NCBI GenBank assembly: GCA_965218095.1
Contig: OZ244587.1
Coordinates: forward strand, 5,376,001-5,440,000
DNA length: 64,000 nt
Direction of reading: 5' to 3'
From: Candidatus Poribacteria bacterium
Lineage (GTDB): Bacteria; Poribacteria; WGA-4E; PCPOR2b
Positions 61,876-64,000 of this stretch are shown in pieces. Below the pieces are notes generated by a model. The model was not told the DNA's origin and did not search any database. It saw only the letters and a list, made by a program, of their open reading frames with translations. Made by a program: the position numbers and the translations under genes. How positions within the stretch are numbered: the first letter of the stretch is position 1; every line of letters starts with the position of its first letter.

Positions 61876-63063
61876 TCAAGCGGGAGAGAATGTCCCGAGC
61901 ACCATCGGTTGCGATGCCCCTGTGACCTGTGGTAGGTTCGCTGGATGCCCATGAATCGCTTCGTTGGCGAGGATAGCAAAGGCAACCGCTTCCTTTGCAT
62001 CGCTCGAAATCCCGATGGAATCAACTGACAACAGCGGAATTGGCTGGAATAGTGTCTTTAGGTGTTGCATCAACGTGAGATTATGACTGCCTCCCCCGCT
62101 GATATAGATTTCATCGACGGAATAGTGCGGAAATAAAAACCGACGATAGTAGTCAAAGATTGTTTGTGCCGTAAACGCTGTTAAGGTAGCAACCAAATCC
62201 GCCTGCCCCAAGTTTTGAGTTTGTGCCCGCTGGATTGCCCCATTCGCAAACTGCCTGCCGAATGCTTCACGTCCTGTTGTCTTGGGGGGCCGTGCGCCTA
62301 TAAAGGGGTGTTGCAACCACTCTCCTAGCAGCGACTCACAAACGCTCCCCTGCGCAGCAAACTGCCCCGCATTATCATACATTTCCTCTCCATCCGTGAG
62401 AATTTCCATAACCGAATCAATAATCATGTTCCCCGGTCCGGTGTCGGAGGCGAGAACGTCGCACCCCGCTGCACCTGCAGGTATGAGCGTCACATTGGAA
62501 ATGCCACCAATGTTTTGAAGCGCAATCGTCCGACTCGTCTGCCGAAAGAGCAGAAAGTCAACATACGGAACAAGCGGCGCCCCTTGCCCTCCCGCTGCGA
62601 CATCTGCCACCCTGAAATCCGCGACTGTCGGGATGCCTGTGCGATGCGCAATGACAGCCGGTTCACCGAGTTGTAGCGTTGATGGAATGTACTGCGCTCC
62701 TGTTTGAGGCGGGAGGTGATAGATCGTCTGTCCATGCGATCCGATCAGATCGATTTTGTCCACCCCCAATTTGGCACGTTGAACAACTGCCAACGCTGCA
62801 TTGGCAAAAATTTCCCCGATGAGAAAGTTCATCTGACAGATCTGGTCAACGCGGCTCGTCTCCGGTTGAAAGAGATCAAAAATCCGGGCTCGAACTTCCG
62901 TATCAAAGGGGAGAGAATCGAACGCGAGCAACTCAACCTTTGTCTCTAAACCGTACCCCTGAATTTCCACAAGCGTAGCATCAACACCATCGACTGATGT
63001 GCCAGACATTAACCCGATGACTTTTTTCGTCTGTTTTTGGGAAAGATGATGAAAGGATTTCAT
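61876..63063 (-). CDS. anmK: Anhydro-N-acetylmuramic acid kinase
   Basis: GLMSGTSVDG, GSHGQT, GGQGAPL, DTGPGN, AKEA. Confidence 0.96.
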   Translation of the reverse strand: MKSFHHLSQKQTKKVIGLMSGTSVDGVDATLVEIQGYGLETKVELLAFDSLPFDTEVRARIFDLFQPETSRVDQICQMNFLIGEIFANAALAVVQRAKLGVDKIDLIGSHGQTIYHLPPQTGAQYIPSTLQLGEPAVIAHRTGIPTVADFRVADVAAGGQGAPLVPYVDFLLFRQTSRTIALQNIGGISNVTLIPAGAAGCDVLASDTGPGNMIIDSVMEILTDGEEMYDNAGQFAAQGSVCESLLGEWLQHPFIGARPPKTTGREAFGRQFANGAIQRAQTQNLGQADLVATLTAFTAQTIFDYYRRFLFPHYSVDEIYISGGGSHNLTLMQHLKTLFQPIPLLSVDSIGISSDAKEAVAFAILANEAIHGHPANLPQVTGASQPMVLGTFSPA

Positions 63064-63188
63064 GAACGTGATGCGTAAAACGTAATCAATCAGCAATTTG
63101 CAATTGAGATTTGCGCCATCTGCCTCGACTGTGGCCTTACCGTTTAACAGGAAATGTCTGGGATGCCTTGGTAGTTTTGCGCATGCGT

Positions 63189-64000
63189 TTATTCCGCGTT
63201 GCAGTAAAGCAGATATGGCCTGTGTTTCTTGGTAAATTCCTCCACCTCCGCCCCCCAACCCTGAACAATTTCGGTGGGTGATTCTCCACCCAGAAGCCTC
63301 AACCGCAAGCGATCCGTCCCAGCGAGCAAATCAAAGGTGTATCGCCCCCGATTTTCTCGAAACGCAAATCGATCCGGATAGTCACGCATGATAGTTGAGA
63401 TGAGATGAAGAGCGACTTCGATCGGTTTCAATTCCTCCCGATTCATGACGTGAACCTGCACGCCGTGGCACTGTTGATTAGCGTGTTTGGAAAAGGTGGG
63501 TGTAAAATGTACAGGACGGAAGCGAACGCCCGGCAAGTCGAAATCGTTCAACCTTTCTGCCCATCTATCTGCGTCAATCCATGGCGCCCCGATCCACTCA
63601 AACGGCTTCGTGGTGCCGCGGCCTTCGGAAAGGTTCGTGCCTTCGATGAGACAGGTCCCGGGATACAGCATCGCAGTTTCGAGGATCGGCATATTGGGTG
63701 AGGGAGGCGCCCACGGCAGCCCAGTCTGATCGTACCACATCGATCTTGCCCAACCGCACATTGGAACAACCTCAAGCTGGAGATTCAAATCGAGTTCCGC
63801 TTTGAAAAGTTGCGCAAGTTCACCGACCGTCATACCGTGCCGGATTGGGAGCAGATACGCTCCAACAAAGGATTGGAACGCCGGTTGTAACAGATTCCCC
63901 TCAATACGATCGCCCCGGATCGGATTTGGGCGATCGAGGACGAGAAAATCCACATTGCCGGCTGCGGCCGCTTTCATCGCTAGAAGCAACGTCGAAATGT
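63189..64000 (-). CDS. namZ: DUF1343 exo-beta-N-acetylmuramidase NamZ-like, C-terminal part (start outside window)
   Basis: VLDRPNP, RHGMTVGE, PPSPNMP, EGRGTTKPFE. Confidence 0.9.
   Translation of the reverse strand, partial: ISTLLLAMKAAAAGNVDFLVLDRPNPIRGDRIEGNLLQPAFQSFVGAYLLPIRHGMTVGELAQLFKAELDLNLQLEVVPMCGWARSMWYDQTGLPWAPPSPNMPILETAMLYPGTCLIEGTNLSEGRGTTKPFEWIGAPWIDADRWAERLNDFDLPGVRFRPVHFTPTFSKHANQQCHGVQVHVMNREELKPIEVALHLISTIMRDYPDRFAFRENRGRYTFDLLAGTDRLRLRLLGGESPTEIVQGWGAEVEEFTKKHRPYLLYCNAE

Noticed and set aside
1-64000. tRNA/rRNA genes
   Set aside because: No recognisable tRNA or rRNA signatures were seen.

Overview
Bacterial chromosomal window, most likely from Candidatus Poribacteria (a sponge symbiont). 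This is inferred from C-terminal signatures such as 'LAVSPKSKLSTTWGSIK' and 'LFQNYPNPFNPExWIPY', a near-identical WD40 repeat protein, and sulfatase, FG-GAP and LamG genes. The metabolic backbone (SDRs, sulfatase, RraA, dapL, proA, anmK, NamZ-like, nfuA, a sigma-70 factor, a CzcCBA efflux operon) is interleaved with two accessory regions. The first (~12.6-17.5 kb) holds a Cre-like recombinase and IS5/IS630 debris. The second (~49.2-60.7 kb) is a defence island with a type III R-M system carrying an extra nuclease-like gene, two TA pairs, IS5/IS1595 and a truncated Cre-like recombinase. Four observations stand out. (1) The R-M module is bracketed by two symmetric dif/lox-like sites (TCCGATAA-N6-TTATCGGA) beside the Cre-like recombinase remnant, suggesting a site-specific cassette system. 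(2) A four-helix-bundle gene inside the czc operon is enclosed by inverted heptamer arrays that form a ~25-bp stem. (3) The flanks of a LamG gene are complementary over 18 perfect bp. (4) MITEs with ends from several different IS types carry REP-like palindromes. All calls come from reading the sequence; no searches were run.
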